DNA of 54,927 nt, counting the filler, from Squatina squatina (taxonomy: Eukaryota), in NCBI GenBank assembly GCA_031763465.1. It is 3 parts of 3 records of this genome, joined end to end, with 100 filler letters (N's around TTAATTAATTAA, not from the genome) between each part and the next. Parts side by side here need not be neighbours in the genome. Positions count along the whole stretch, not along the records: positions 1 to 23,544 come from JARFOE010000233.1; 2 more parts are not named here. One strand, 5' to 3'. A program made the position numbers and the translations under genes. This document shows positions 1 to 12,458 of the stretch, piece after piece. The notes under the pieces were generated by a model that saw only the letters and a program-made list of their open reading frames with translations, did no database searches and was not told where the DNA came from. Numbering within the stretch: position 1 is the stretch's first letter; each line of letters opens with the position of its first letter.

Positions 1-3000
1 TTCTAACCTTTACTGACACTGTCACTGGATTAATGTTTTACTGTTTGGTATGTCTGCTGTTTAATCTGAAAAAAAACATTAGCACTGAATTCGGCTTTTC
101 CTTGGCACCACTGTGTAGTCTCCCTTCCCCCAAGCTAAAAAGACATGAATGCTGAAATTCCTAGTCCACAGTACCTCAAAGTTCCAAGTGACAAATGCCT
201 TTTGAGGCCTTTCAACTGTTGGCAGTTGTATTTTTTTGTACCAAATCTCCATGGCAACAACGCTTCTCAATTCCACTTGGCCTTGTCCTATACAAAAATG
301 ATGTAGCTCCACTGATAAAGCCATGTGCTTAGCGCTTGTGCTGACATTATTTCCATTTAAGAAACAACTTTTAGGTGAAATTTTATGATTGAAAAAAAAT
401 TCATTACAATAAATTTGCCATGATCATATTTTTAATTAAATCATTCACCCAATTCTCACCTTGAACTGTTCTTTCTCTTCATATTTTAGAATCATGAGCA
501 TTAATCACATGGGCTGAAATGACACAAGGATAACCATTTTGTTCTACAAATGATTAATAAATGCATTACACATTCAAACTAGTTTCAAAACCTGAGTGTG
601 TTAAAACAACACCACCTAATAACCTCCCCTGCAATGATTTAACAATGTGGAACCACTGAGTAAAATCAAAGCTATCAAGAAAAGTAGGAAAAGGAGCAGC
701 CTTCTCCACAGTTACACAATGACAACCATCTGTCTCATATTCTTATGGTGTAGATGTGTTCCATTGTGTTGTCTTTATTGAACTGCAGAATAAATGAAAC
801 ACATGGGATGCCCAATTGGACACCAAAAACTNNNNNNNNNNNNNNNNNNNNNNNNNNNNNNNNNNNNNNNNNNNNNNNNNNNNNNNNNNNNNNNNNNNNN
901 NNNNNNNNNNNNNNNNNNNNNNNNNNNNNNNCTGCTATTACTTCCTTAATAACTGATTCTAGCATTTTTCCAACAATCGATGTTAAACTAATTGGCCTAT
1001 AGTTACCCGCTTATATCGTGGAATAGATTCAGCAACAGTAGATACCTGATAAGTGTGAGATTTGCACACTTACAATTGTGCTGAATTTGAAAACACAACC
1101 TTTCCCGTCTGTCTGGAAAGTCTGTCTTCCCAATGCTGGGGAAAGACTATGGAGACTAGCAATGAAAAAATGGTATTGCTGGTCTATACAGACAGGTTGA
1201 GAGATCAGCACAACCCAAGAATGGCAGACCCACCCTAGATGCCAGTAACAGCTGGTTTTATTTGCTACCTCTTTCACCGAACACTTGGAACCACCAAATG
1301 AAGCTCTGGTGGTAATGTTATCACTTTATTCACTTTATGGGAGTGCCTTCAACAGCACTTTTGCCCACAAAAACAACCCGTAAACAAATGGAGTATAATA
1401 TACCAAAGATTTCTAAAATCTAAATACATGTGGTTCGGATACTAAATCAGAAGTGTCTTGTCTGCTCGTCCCTTACCTGAAAGATGAGATCTTCAAGGAC
1501 AGCTGTGAATTGAAATGTAAAGGAGGTTACAGAGAATGAATCAGTGTCCTGCTTAACAAGAGCATTCCACAATCCCCTCCTCAGTGCAAACAATACTTTA
1601 ACTGAGCAAATGCTGAAATACGGCTGGTGTCTGATACACCTTGACCCCAAGGCAGTAACTTGAATAAACATTCCATCAAATAAAGACTTTGTAGATATCA
1701 AAAGGCAAAAAAAGAAACCATTAGAAGATCAATCATTCTTCAGCCTAGCAATTCTGCCCTTTAGCAAATGGTTAAGACATGTTCCTGCTTGGCGATTTCT
1801 GTTCATTACAATTCTATTGTGAAATGCATAACACAAATAATGTCTGTGCTCTAGCATTTGTAATACATCTACATACGGTTAACATTCCAGTAAATGAACA
1901 TTATTATGGACCAAAAATTATTTTTCCTTTAAAGCAGCCCTGCTCTGAAGCAGAAACTGATTTATGAACTTGAGGGTTAAAAAGCAAAACAATGTAAACT
2001 TCCAATTGGTGGATCAACATGTGAAAAAAATCTGTTGTTACAGGCAGAAAAAAAACACGTCTTAACTCTCTGCCTGCTAGGATGATAAGAAACGGCTGAA
2101 AGTATAGTTGCAACCTCGTCAGTAAAAGATAATATAGGAGTATGGCTTTATTTATTTATAGCATTAAGACTCTCCAGAGTTAAAAATAACAAAACATATT
2201 AAGCCTTCCTTTCAACACCTATAATACTTTTCATAAATATTACATGTACCAGCATTTTAGATCATTTATATCCCCAATGAAGTGTCAACTTTCTCAGTCT
2301 TCAAATATATAGACCCAATGATGGTGGTCTTCTGCCTCAGCAATTTGTTCAGTCAAGGCTGTGCTTTCCAGGAAATAAAATCCTCTTTAGTGTCTTTCAC
2401 CTATTTGAAGATCATGTTTTATTTATGCAATAGTGGACGTGAATGATGTTCGACTACTTTCTGTTTACCGTCGAAAGAGACTNNNNNNNNNNNNNNNNNN
2501 NNNNNNNNNNNNNNNNNNNNNNNNNNNNNNNNNNNNNNNNNNNNNNNNNNNNNNNNNNNNNNNNNNNNNNNNNNNNNNNNNNTCTGTACCCTTAGCCTAC
2601 AGGGGAAACATTGTCATACTGGATGTCAGCATGCTGAGGGAGAAGAGGGATACAGGCCTCCAATCTTAGCATGTGGGCCTTACCAGGAGAAGGTTGGGGA
2701 TCTAGGCCATGGTCATGGCTTAGGCTCCTAAAGATGAAAGATTTTATTTTACATTAGAAGCAGCCCCTTTAGAATTTGTTTTCGGGCAGGGGTGGCTCCC
2801 GCATTTCCAGCTGGGCACATAAGCTGCACGATGCGATCGCTTCTGGCGAGGCTGGCCCAGCTGCAACCCCATGTGCCAATGGCCTGCTCTTTGCAACCCT
2901 GCCCCCTGACCCCACGAACATTTATGGGGTCAATGGCAGTGGCTGCAGGTAGGCACATCTCAGAACTTACACTGGGATGCACCTTTAGGGTGAAAGCGTT

Positions 3001-3504
3001 GACCCAGATTTTGCTGCATCAGGACACCTCATGGCATGCCCCATCAGTTAGACTTTTTCTCACGCTTCAGCTTGAAAAACTTTTGTCCTTTTAAGTTGCT
3101 GGAAGTGCGAACTGATAACAGCGCTACAAGGACGATGGGGAATCTTGGACCTTAGTGAATTATGGGAACAGTCTACCTCCTTTACCAATCAGATATAAGG
3201 ATTGAGAAAGAAACAGGAACGACAGAGAAGAGTGAAGTAAAGTGGTTGAATTAGAGTCAAAATAGGTACAGAAAGAGAAACAAAGGGAGGGAATGAAAGA
3301 TGGGATTAAGAGGGAGAGAAGAAATAGACAGAAAGGAAAAGTGGAAAAAAAAATTTAATTGGCCACAGAAATACCAGAGAGTCACAGCAATTTAAATATC
3401 ACAAAGCCCCTGTGAAATTTAGTCATTCCTCTTTTTTATTACTCCCACTTGTTTTTAAAAGGCTCTTCTGTGCCACACACGATTCCCACGGCAAAGATGT
3501 GGCC
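3001..3504. repeat. Non-autonomous DNA-transposon-like repeat, copy 1
   Basis: Collinear similarity with 53003-53360, including an identical 25-mer taaggattgagaaagaaacaggaac (3196-3220 and 53183-53207). Confidence 0.7.
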
Positions 3505-3912
3505 AGTCAGTTTATCTGACATCTACCAATGCTGCTCTGCATCCAAAGGCGAAGAGGCCTGCAACAGAGGGCAAAGAGTAACTCAGCCACTGATTCATCC
3601 ATCCATAGGAAATTGCTCAGCACTTTCTTCTGCAGGCATGTATAAAACCCATGTAGGAAGTTACCGACACTGACCCACAACACAGCATGTTTGAACATCA
3701 ATGCAATGCTCCACCTAACTACCTCTACGATCGCTGATATTATTCCTGCACAAGTATTTACAGCCCCATCACATGTTCTACAGTTTTTTTTTTAAATGCT
3801 AAGAATGTGAAACTCAGAGTAGAATGGTACTCCGCTCAATCTTTAATGAGTACCAAGAGCAACAGATGATCTTACTCAGACCAAACTATAATGTTTGGCA
3901 CAAAGTACTGAA

Positions 3913-3928
3913 TGTGTGTGTGTGTGTG
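3913..3928. repeat. (TG)n microsatellite
   Basis: Short TG run. A similar one lies at ~6855-6872. Confidence 0.8.
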
Positions 3929-6900
3929 AGACCAGATTGTGTGTACATTCAAATCTCACTCTCCATGGTTCCTTTTTAGCATTATGGGTAAATCAAAAGG
4001 GAAGTGTTGAAAAATGTCTTTGCTGAGAACATGACATTTCTCTACTTTCCCTCAGCACTCTGGTTTCCCCACAGCAAGGATGCAGAGGCTGTTCTGCTCT
4101 CTGGCTTCTACCAAATTAGTTCACAGCTGGATGCCAGGAAGTGTACAAGAGTTACATAGGAATAACCCTCCTTCCAAATAGCCAGTCTTGCGAAGGTACA
4201 TTTACATAACACCCCTATGCAGTATGATATCTGAACCTCAGCAGAATGGGGGCAATTTAACCGATATCCCATCCGTTTGTTATCACATGCATAAATTATA
4301 TCAGTTCAAAAATGGATTGTGTCACATTTTATATCATGACATCAAAGAAATTCAAATATTTTCTTTACAGAATATTGCCACTCTCATAATATTTTAAAAA
4401 TTGTGCATTTTTATACCATTGAGAAGAATCCTAGCTTAGTTTAAAAATATCCAGTATTTGCTGCTGTAGCTTGAGCTGATCTTAAAATAGGGTACTTTTA
4501 AAATCACAAGTATTTTGCTCCGAGCATTTGAGGTAGGCCGATGACCTGCCAAGAAATATGAAATAAAATGACGAAAGATAAAAGAAATGACATATGGAGA
4601 GGTTAAATGTAAGCAGGAGCTCCAGCTCAACATAATTCATTATGTACCCTGCAGCTTCCTGTCCCACAGTTTCTTACACCCTGCCAGGAGAGGGATTTAC
4701 CAAAGCCAGTCCTTTGACCAAGTTTTCTCTGTCGTTTATCAGTTGCTGCCAGGCTCTCCTATGAAATATTCATCTTCTGCAGCTGAGACTCTTCTTCCCC
4801 ATAAGACACAGGACAGCTGTACACGATTTTTAATCTATTTTATCAGCCAACTATTTAATTCCCTAGTTTGCATTTAAGGTAAGTGGCCATGAGTCTGCTA
4901 CACCAGATCAAAATAAATTGTGATTTGTTCTGAAACTGTTCTGTCTCCAGTGGCAACATCAGGTAAGAGAGTTGCCAGAGTGACATAAAGCAGGCCTTTT
5001 TGCAGAGATGGTGCAGACGCAAAGCCAACAGAAAGCAAATATTATGGACCTAATTTGTAAAGAGACAGGTGGCTTTGAAAGATGAAAAGCGTTTCCTCCT
5101 TTGCTTGCAACATTGCAAACAATGTTTATGACTTAATAATATTCTTCCCCACACCTCTCAATAATGATTTTTTTTTAAAAGTGCGACACAGGTTCGGGAG
5201 CTACCAAAGGCCTGGAGTGTCCTCCCCAACAGATTACTCAGAACAATAGCAATAAGAAAAACAAAACAAAAAAATCAAGAATATTGGACTCCAGAGTTCA
5301 TTCTTTCTGTTGGCAATGTTTATTCCCGACCCAAATCGGAGTTGCCGAGTATAATAGAAGCTGCTGCAATTTCACGTAAAAAGGAATCCTCCGGAAAAAA
5401 AATTCCGAAGAGGACGTGAGAAAATAATACTTCTGTTCAAAAACTTAAAAATTGCATGTTTTTGTTATTGCATTCTCCTACCATCGAGAGGAAATGTTCC
5501 TGCCTCTAGCCTCCATTTAAGACCCACTTTATACTTTTTTTCCCCCGAGGTATTAACGATGGTGAATAAGAATGTAAATATTGATCTGCAGAAAAGGTAA
5601 ATGTTATAATGCCGATATTACAGGAGCAGAATCAACATACGCACTCAGTCTGTAGCCCATCCGTCAATACATAATTCAGCTGATATTTAATGGCATTCCG
5701 GCACAGAAACTTCAAAAAACATTTTAATACAATATTTTGACCCCGCCCCCATAACATTTCGTTTTCAAACATGCGATTTTGAAAGCAAAATAAAACCTTC
5801 CTTAATCATGCAGATCCGACAGGGAGGTGCTCAAACATTGTATCTGGGTTAACATGGTCCGTACACAACGCATGTTAATATCAAGCTTTATGAACATGTT
5901 TCAGAATTACTTACTCGACTCCAGGAGATTAGATCATCTGTCCCNNNNNNNNNNNNNNNNNNNNNNNNNNNNNNNNNNNNNNNNNNNNNNNNNNNNNNNN
6001 NNNNNNNNNNNNNNNNNNNNNNNNNNNNNNNNNNNNNNNNNNNNTATGTTTTTCTACATTTCAAATGATAAAAGCTAATGGTAAGCCTCAACTAATCCGC
6101 ACCATTTTTCATATGCTGAAGCAAGTCAGTGAAAACATTAACTATGCCCTTGTGTCCAGGTGCCGTACAGGTGTTCATCTTAATTATTATGACAGGCTTT
6201 TATCACTTACAACAAAGACTATTTAGCATACTGTGGAGACTTAAATCCAGGGTTTGTCACACAAGAGAATAGTAGTAATTACTTTATTCTGTGTGGAAAG
6301 GATAACATTAAAACACTGCAAATCTTACCTTCTTGGCTGTCAAGCAGGCCTGTTCATCAAAATATAAAAAGAAGCTTTTAAGTGCAGTACCTGTGAGAAA
6401 GCTCCAGGCCAGTTAAGGCTAACAGCACCTCATACAGTTTATACAGAAGCAGCGCTGTGTCCTCCTGAAAAGGTCAGCAGCTAAAGCTAACCTCATGAGT
6501 CACTGGGAAGGAGATAAGCATGTAAAGGATGATTCTTACAACAGTGAAGCACAGGGCAGCCACACAACTACCCTTCTTCACCAAGAAAAGAGAAACTTTA
6601 CAGAATTCATTTGTGTTAAGAGTTTTGTAGGCATTACAATAATATGAGGCAGGTTGCACTGTATCTTCCAACTGACCTCGTCTTTTTTCCAACCTTCCAG
6701 ACCTTGCAGTACCAGCACATCACTGAAATCAGTCACAGTCACTTCGCTATGAAAGCCCCTTTTGGGTAGCTTCAGTCTGTCACCCCATAGATTGTAGTGA
6801 AAGAGAAGCCAAGACTAATGAATGAAATCAATAGCTTAGAAAATTAATTCTAAGTGTGTGTGTGTGTATGTGTTTTTTTCTGTTTCTCTCTGTAGTCCTC

Positions 6901-8769
6901 AGCTTAGAGTTGGTAAGTGGCTGAAAGCTCAGGAAAAACTAACAACCTTTAATAGTATTTGTCCCAAGAGACTTGCCTAACATATTGAACTGGGTAATAT
7001 TTCCAGTTTATTTACAGAAATGGATTATAGTATTCTGCTTTTTCAGAGTAAAATTTGAAATTTATGATGATATAGAAATGTCCTCCTTGGGNNNNNNNNN
7101 NNNNNNNNNNNNNNNNNNNNNNNNNNNNNNNNNNNNNNNNNNNNNNNNNNNNNNNNNNNNNNNNNNNNNNNNNNNNNNNNNNNNNNNNNNNTTCTGAAAC
7201 ATTCTGGAGCACTTAGTCTGTAGAATGATCTAAGACCAATGGAACAAACTAATCTATTTTTCCCACTAAAAATAAAATTAGGCATCACCTTAAGTTTTTG
7301 AATTGTTGGTCCTGTTCTTACCATTTTTCAGGTTACTTTAAAGTAACAGTGGTTCCCCTGATAACCCCATTGGCAAACATCAAGTGAAAACGTGATTGAA
7401 CTTGGCTGAAGTGCCCCCCAATGTTGACTGTCTCATCATTCTTGAAGAATGATTACTTGGTTCAGGTGCTGGAGGCTGCCTGACACCCATGAAATCCATG
7501 AGTCAGTATCTTCAAAAGATTAGGGGAAGAAAATGGAGGGGGCGGTCAAACTAACAACAGGTCACGTAGCCTTTCTCAACCAGTAAAGAAAGGCCAAATG
7601 GTTGTGTCCTGTGCTAAAATAAGCCTTTTTTTAATCTTCTAAGAGACAATTCTATTTCAGGAAATTATCCTCGCCACAATTTCCACAGATTTCATCTGAT
7701 GTTTGATAATGCATGAGAAAGGAAATGAGAGGAGTTTCTCTCGGTTCTAATAAAAGTGCTAATATATTTCATTCAATGTATCTTTTATCTCATCTTTTCC
7801 ATTAGCGTTTTAATCGGTGGTGAATGAAAATGAGAAATATGTTTACACAGGCATGGTGCTACAAATGTCACAGATTAAACTTCAGGATTTTTGTAAAATG
7901 TCACATTTTTAATCATTCTCTGTTGTTTCTCAAATGATCCATTTTGCTGTTTAAAATCTATTGATTTTTTTCACAGTCTAACATTAAATTAAAAAGATAA
8001 ACTGAAATGCTCATCATTAGCAGATCATTCTGTTCTAGAATTACCAGCCTGGTTGTAATGATCAGTGTGAAATAGAGCAGAGTGAAAAGCGCTTTAAAAT
8101 ATTTATCTATTTAGTCAAAGAGACTGATGAGGTCTGGACCACGAATCCCAGGCACTGCCTTCATTCAAGATAAAAAAGATTACTGTACAGCAACTGCATT
8201 TGATATATCATGGATATTTTCAAAAGGTGCTAACGATATTGTGGGAGGATTTGATTTTTAATATTTGAGAGTCCAGGTAGGCTAAGAAATTATAGCTTTC
8301 TCTTTCAACAAGAATGGGACCAATTGCAGACAAAAGGAAGTATTCTGTGCATCACTGTGAATGAAATAATCATTCTATTATTACAAACACTGTGTTCTGA
8401 AATTTCATGGGGTTGAATGTGCATTTTATTAGACTATCTATCATTCTCTGGCACAAAGGTCAAATTTAACATTACCTATATCATCCTATTATTAAATCTA
8501 ATTTATACTTTAGCAATAACAAAATCAACAGTGCATATTACTGTGAGTGTGCTTTCAATGTAAAACATTCTTCTATCATTCCTATTGAAGTAATCTGTTT
8601 GTAGAGATTCCTACTTGATAGGAGGTTAATTTCTAACCGATGCTTTAAGAAGCACCTTTGTGCATATTTGAGGGTCTGGTTGCTGTGGAATCCAGCTCAT
8701 TCCATATCACTGCAGCAACTTGTGTGAAAGTCACGATGCGTTTCTTCATTCGTGGCTTTTAAGAGCTTG

Positions 8770-8933
8770 CAAAGGCCCAGTGATGGCAGGAGGGTCAGTA
8801 ATCAGACATAGATTTGAGGTAATTGGCAGAAGAATCAGAGGGGAGATGATTAGAACTTTTTTCACGCAGCGAGTTGTTGTGATCTTGAAGGGCAATGGAA
8901 GCACTGTAACTTTCAAAAGGGAATTGGATACAT
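8770..8933 (+). mobile_element. CR1-like LINE 3' fragment
   Basis: GSVIRHRFEVIGRRIRGEMIRTFFTQRVV...FKRELD. Same family as 44377-44607. Confidence 0.75.
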
Positions 8934-10910
8934 NNNNNNNNNNNNNNNNNNNNNNNNNNNNNNNNNNNNNNNNNNNNNNNNNNNNNNNNNNNNNNNNNNN
9001 NNNNNNNNNNNNNNNNNNNNNNNNNNNNNNNNNCATTATGAGGCATTTTTGAGAGCACACCATACAAATCCTGTTTCACCAACGGCTTATTTTAATTTTG
9101 AAATCAAATGCTTCTTTATCTCCACCTACCACTTATTATACAGATATGTAACAAAGCAATTATTTACGCATTTTGGAAATTCTTATCATAGTTCCAAAAC
9201 AAAAAGTGCAAATAATACAAATTGTTTTAAACAGATACCAGTCCACATTTAGCCTACGTCTCCACAATATATTTGAATAATACATATGAATGATGGATAC
9301 ATGAAAATATGATTTTTTTGGGGGACACAATCAAAGTCCTTATTGGGAAGAATGACAGGAGAATATATACGTAGTGGGCATTAAAATAAATGTTCGAAGA
9401 GGAATATTTATCTTCACAATCGTGTAATGCTGAGGCTGAAATATTTATTTAAATTGAATTTCTCTTTGTTGTCTGTCTGCTTTTACAACCTTGGTTTCAT
9501 GCATTATTCCTCCAACTGCCAGAGGGCAGGCAAACAAGCCGCAGATTCCTAAACAGATTCCAATGCCAATGCCACTCCTTTGTTCAAAGAATTAGGAGGT
9601 TCCCTTCTAACCAGCACAAATCCACCCCTCAAATCAAATTTGTATAATGTCAACGAACAACCAAAGAAATCACAGAGACATTCATCTGCAAGCATACAAT
9701 GGAGGCCTCGACATGTCTGTCTGTGACAATTTTCCTTTCATGCCCTTACTTTGAGTCCAAATCTAGTGATTTTGCTTCAGTCTTGTATTTAAAAATTGGT
9801 GGACTTGAATCAGTTACTCTGTCACTAGCACAGTAACTGAGATCAACAGAGGGAAGCAAACCTGAAAGCCAAAGTGTTCACTGCTAAGCCGTTTGAATAT
9901 ATAATTCACACTCAGCTCCAACCGCCCCCTCCCAACATCACAATTACCGAAACATGTTGACTATTGAATATTTCACTTTCNNNNNNNNNNNNNNNNNNNN
10001 NNNNNNNNNNNNNNNNNNNNNNNNNNNNNNNNNNNNNNNNNNNNNNNNNNNNNNNNNNNNNNNNNNNNNNNNNNNNNNNNCATCTATGTGTGACCCAGGC
10101 CATGTTTTTTTATGCTGTATGCTGCAGAGCTGAGTTCAGTTCTCAAAGGACTAATCCCACAATGAATTGGTTTGATTGACTAACAGGGACAACACACAAG
10201 TTCACTGCACATGCTCAAAAGAGTAGTCAAGGTTCAGTGCAACACTGGGTTTGAGCTCCGATACTGGAGTTCAAACGCTTAATTGGATTTACTAAAGCAA
10301 AATACTCCTGGATAACTGGTTCTGCATCACTCTGACAAAGCAAGGCTCTAGTCTATTATTCACAACTCCCATTATTCACAACTGCTGGAATGTTAAAAGG
10401 CATTAACAAAAAACTCTCATTCAATATCTTGTTGGAAGATCAAAGTTAATTAAAGTCTCCATTTACAAGCAACGCAAACATTACGCTGAATGGTAACTTG
10501 GATTTTCTGAAAAGAATTACAAATACAAAGAACAGTAACAATTTTAGTTTAAATGAGGGACATATTCTAATTCACAGTTATGATTTGATTTTTCAATATT
10601 TCCCGTTACTCAAAAGTATCAGTGTTTATTGCAGCAACTTAAGTGAGCCTGGTAGTTGCTGATTCTGCTGTTAGATTCTGATGTCCCAATTGTATGTACA
10701 TCTCTGCTGCCGGTGGCAGCCCTGACTTTGGCAGTATCAGTATAAATAAATAAGACAGCACAGTTATCACAGGAGGAACCAGGAAACATCTCAGGAATTA
10801 GTTTTCCAAGGATTCTCCAGAGGCAGCAGTGCTTGGCTTTGGTATTTTAAGCTAGTTTGGCTCAGTTGTAGCACTCCTACTACCTTGGATTTAGAATCTT
10901 ATAGGCTCAA

Positions 10911-12458
10911 GCCCAGAATTTTAGCACATAAGGGTCCCAGTTGGTCTGATGAAATCTGTGTGAAATAGGCACTAACATGGCGCTAAGCCCTTTGCGCCCG
11001 CTGGCGCCACTACCTGTTTCATCTGGGAAATTGGTTTTGCTTTTTGGTGACCTCAAAAGACGTTCGGGCTGCATTTTGCCGGCATGAGGAGCGGCAGCGC
11101 ATGGTGATGGTGACATCATTACCATGTGCATTGCCGAGTCTGTGCTACTGACCCCAAATTGGTCAGCGCACCTGATGCAAAACAGGGGTGCTGACATTAT
11201 TGTGAAATTGTGGCGCTGCCCTGCTAGTAGCAGGCAACGCCTCCCGTAATTAAAGGGCGCGTTATGGCCGCCATTTTGTATTTTGTAGTTGCAGTCCGAT
11301 ACTGCATTTGGAAGACTCGTTTGTGCTGTGGATTTCAGCCATTGAGATATTGAGTATGTCAAGGGGGAGTTGCAACCATGGGTGGTATTCTAGCCACTGA
11401 CTGGTTGCTGCATCAGCTCCACCTCTGGTATCTGAGACGAAGGTAGAGGCATCGGCAGCAACGGAGGGACATGGGACGACTGCAGAATGTTGCAAGGGCT
11501 GAACACCAAGAGGGTGAGGCACAGGGAGATGGCCATGCACAGGCTGATAATGCTCAACCACATGGCCCTGCACAGCAAGATGCTCAGCAGCATTCTGCCA
11601 ATGGAGGAAGAAGGCGTTGGATGGGCAACAGGAGGCCAGAGTCTTTCATTGGCAGTTTTCATACCTCAACTTCACTGAGGAGCAATGTCTTTGAAGACTG
11701 TGCTTCAGGAAGGCTGTCATCACCAAGATCTGCCACGTGCTGGAAGCGGACCTTCAGCACATACAAGGGCCAGAACAGCTCTCTCCATGGCAGTGAAGGT
11801 CACAATAGCATTGATTTCTTTGCCAATGGCTCATTTCAAGGCACCACAGGGGACATTTTTAACGTCTCCCACTAAGCCGTGCATTGCAGCATCTGCCAGG
11901 TGACTAAGGCTGTGTACCAAAGGAGGAGGCAGTACATCCTGTTTCCCATGAGCAGCATGAGCGTGCAGTGGGATTTTCCAGGATGGCGGAGGTTTGCATG
12001 GTGCATGGTGCCATAGATTGCACACACGTTGTTTTGAGAGTACCACAACACAATCTCGAAAGGTTCAGCCACAGGAAAGGCTATCACTCCCTGAACATGC
12101 AGTTGGTATGTGACCACACCCGACGAATTATGAAGGTGGATACCCGCTATTCGGGCAGCTGCCACAATGCCTTCATCCTGATGCAGAGCGTTGGGCCAGC
12201 TCTGTTCCAGCCCCCAGATGAGCTCACAAATGGAAACTCAGTGATAATGGCTACCAGCTGTGCACCTGGCTGATGACTCCCCTCTGCCCAGTACAACGAG
12301 AGCCATGAAACATAATTGAGCAGATGATAGGACTGCTCAAGCAGAGGTTCCGCTGTCTTGCTGCTTGGGTGGATCCCTTCAGTACTTGTCTCATTGGGTC
12401 TCCCTTTTCGTGGTGGTCTGCTGCATGCTGCACAACCTGGCCATCTGAGACCACAGCC
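10911..12458 (+). mobile_element. Decayed PIF/Harbinger DNA transposon with HARBI1-like DDE transposase pseudogene
   Basis: Frameshifted motifs VHGAIDCTHV, RKGYHSLNMQLVCD, RYSGSCHNAFIL, LSDNGYQLCTWLMTPL and IEQMIGLLKQRFRCL, typical of Harbinger transposases. GC-rich left arm starting gcccagaatttt. Confidence 0.88.

Noticed and set aside
79-324. 81-aa minus-strand ORF as a DLG2 exon
   Set aside because: No similarity to any DLG2 segment I recall, and no supporting splice structure.
5180-5830. Slightly CpG-enriched stretch as an internal promoter
   Set aside because: Enrichment is modest and no exon or donor could be tied to it.
8124-8150. CTGATGA-GGTC-TG-GACC resembling a second hammerhead
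   Set aside because: Followed by ACGAAT rather than GAAA directly after stem II, and no convincing stems I and III.
10907-11903. Overlapping 70-150 aa ORFs on both strands
   Set aside because: They lie inside the GC-rich decayed Harbinger element and are not host genes.
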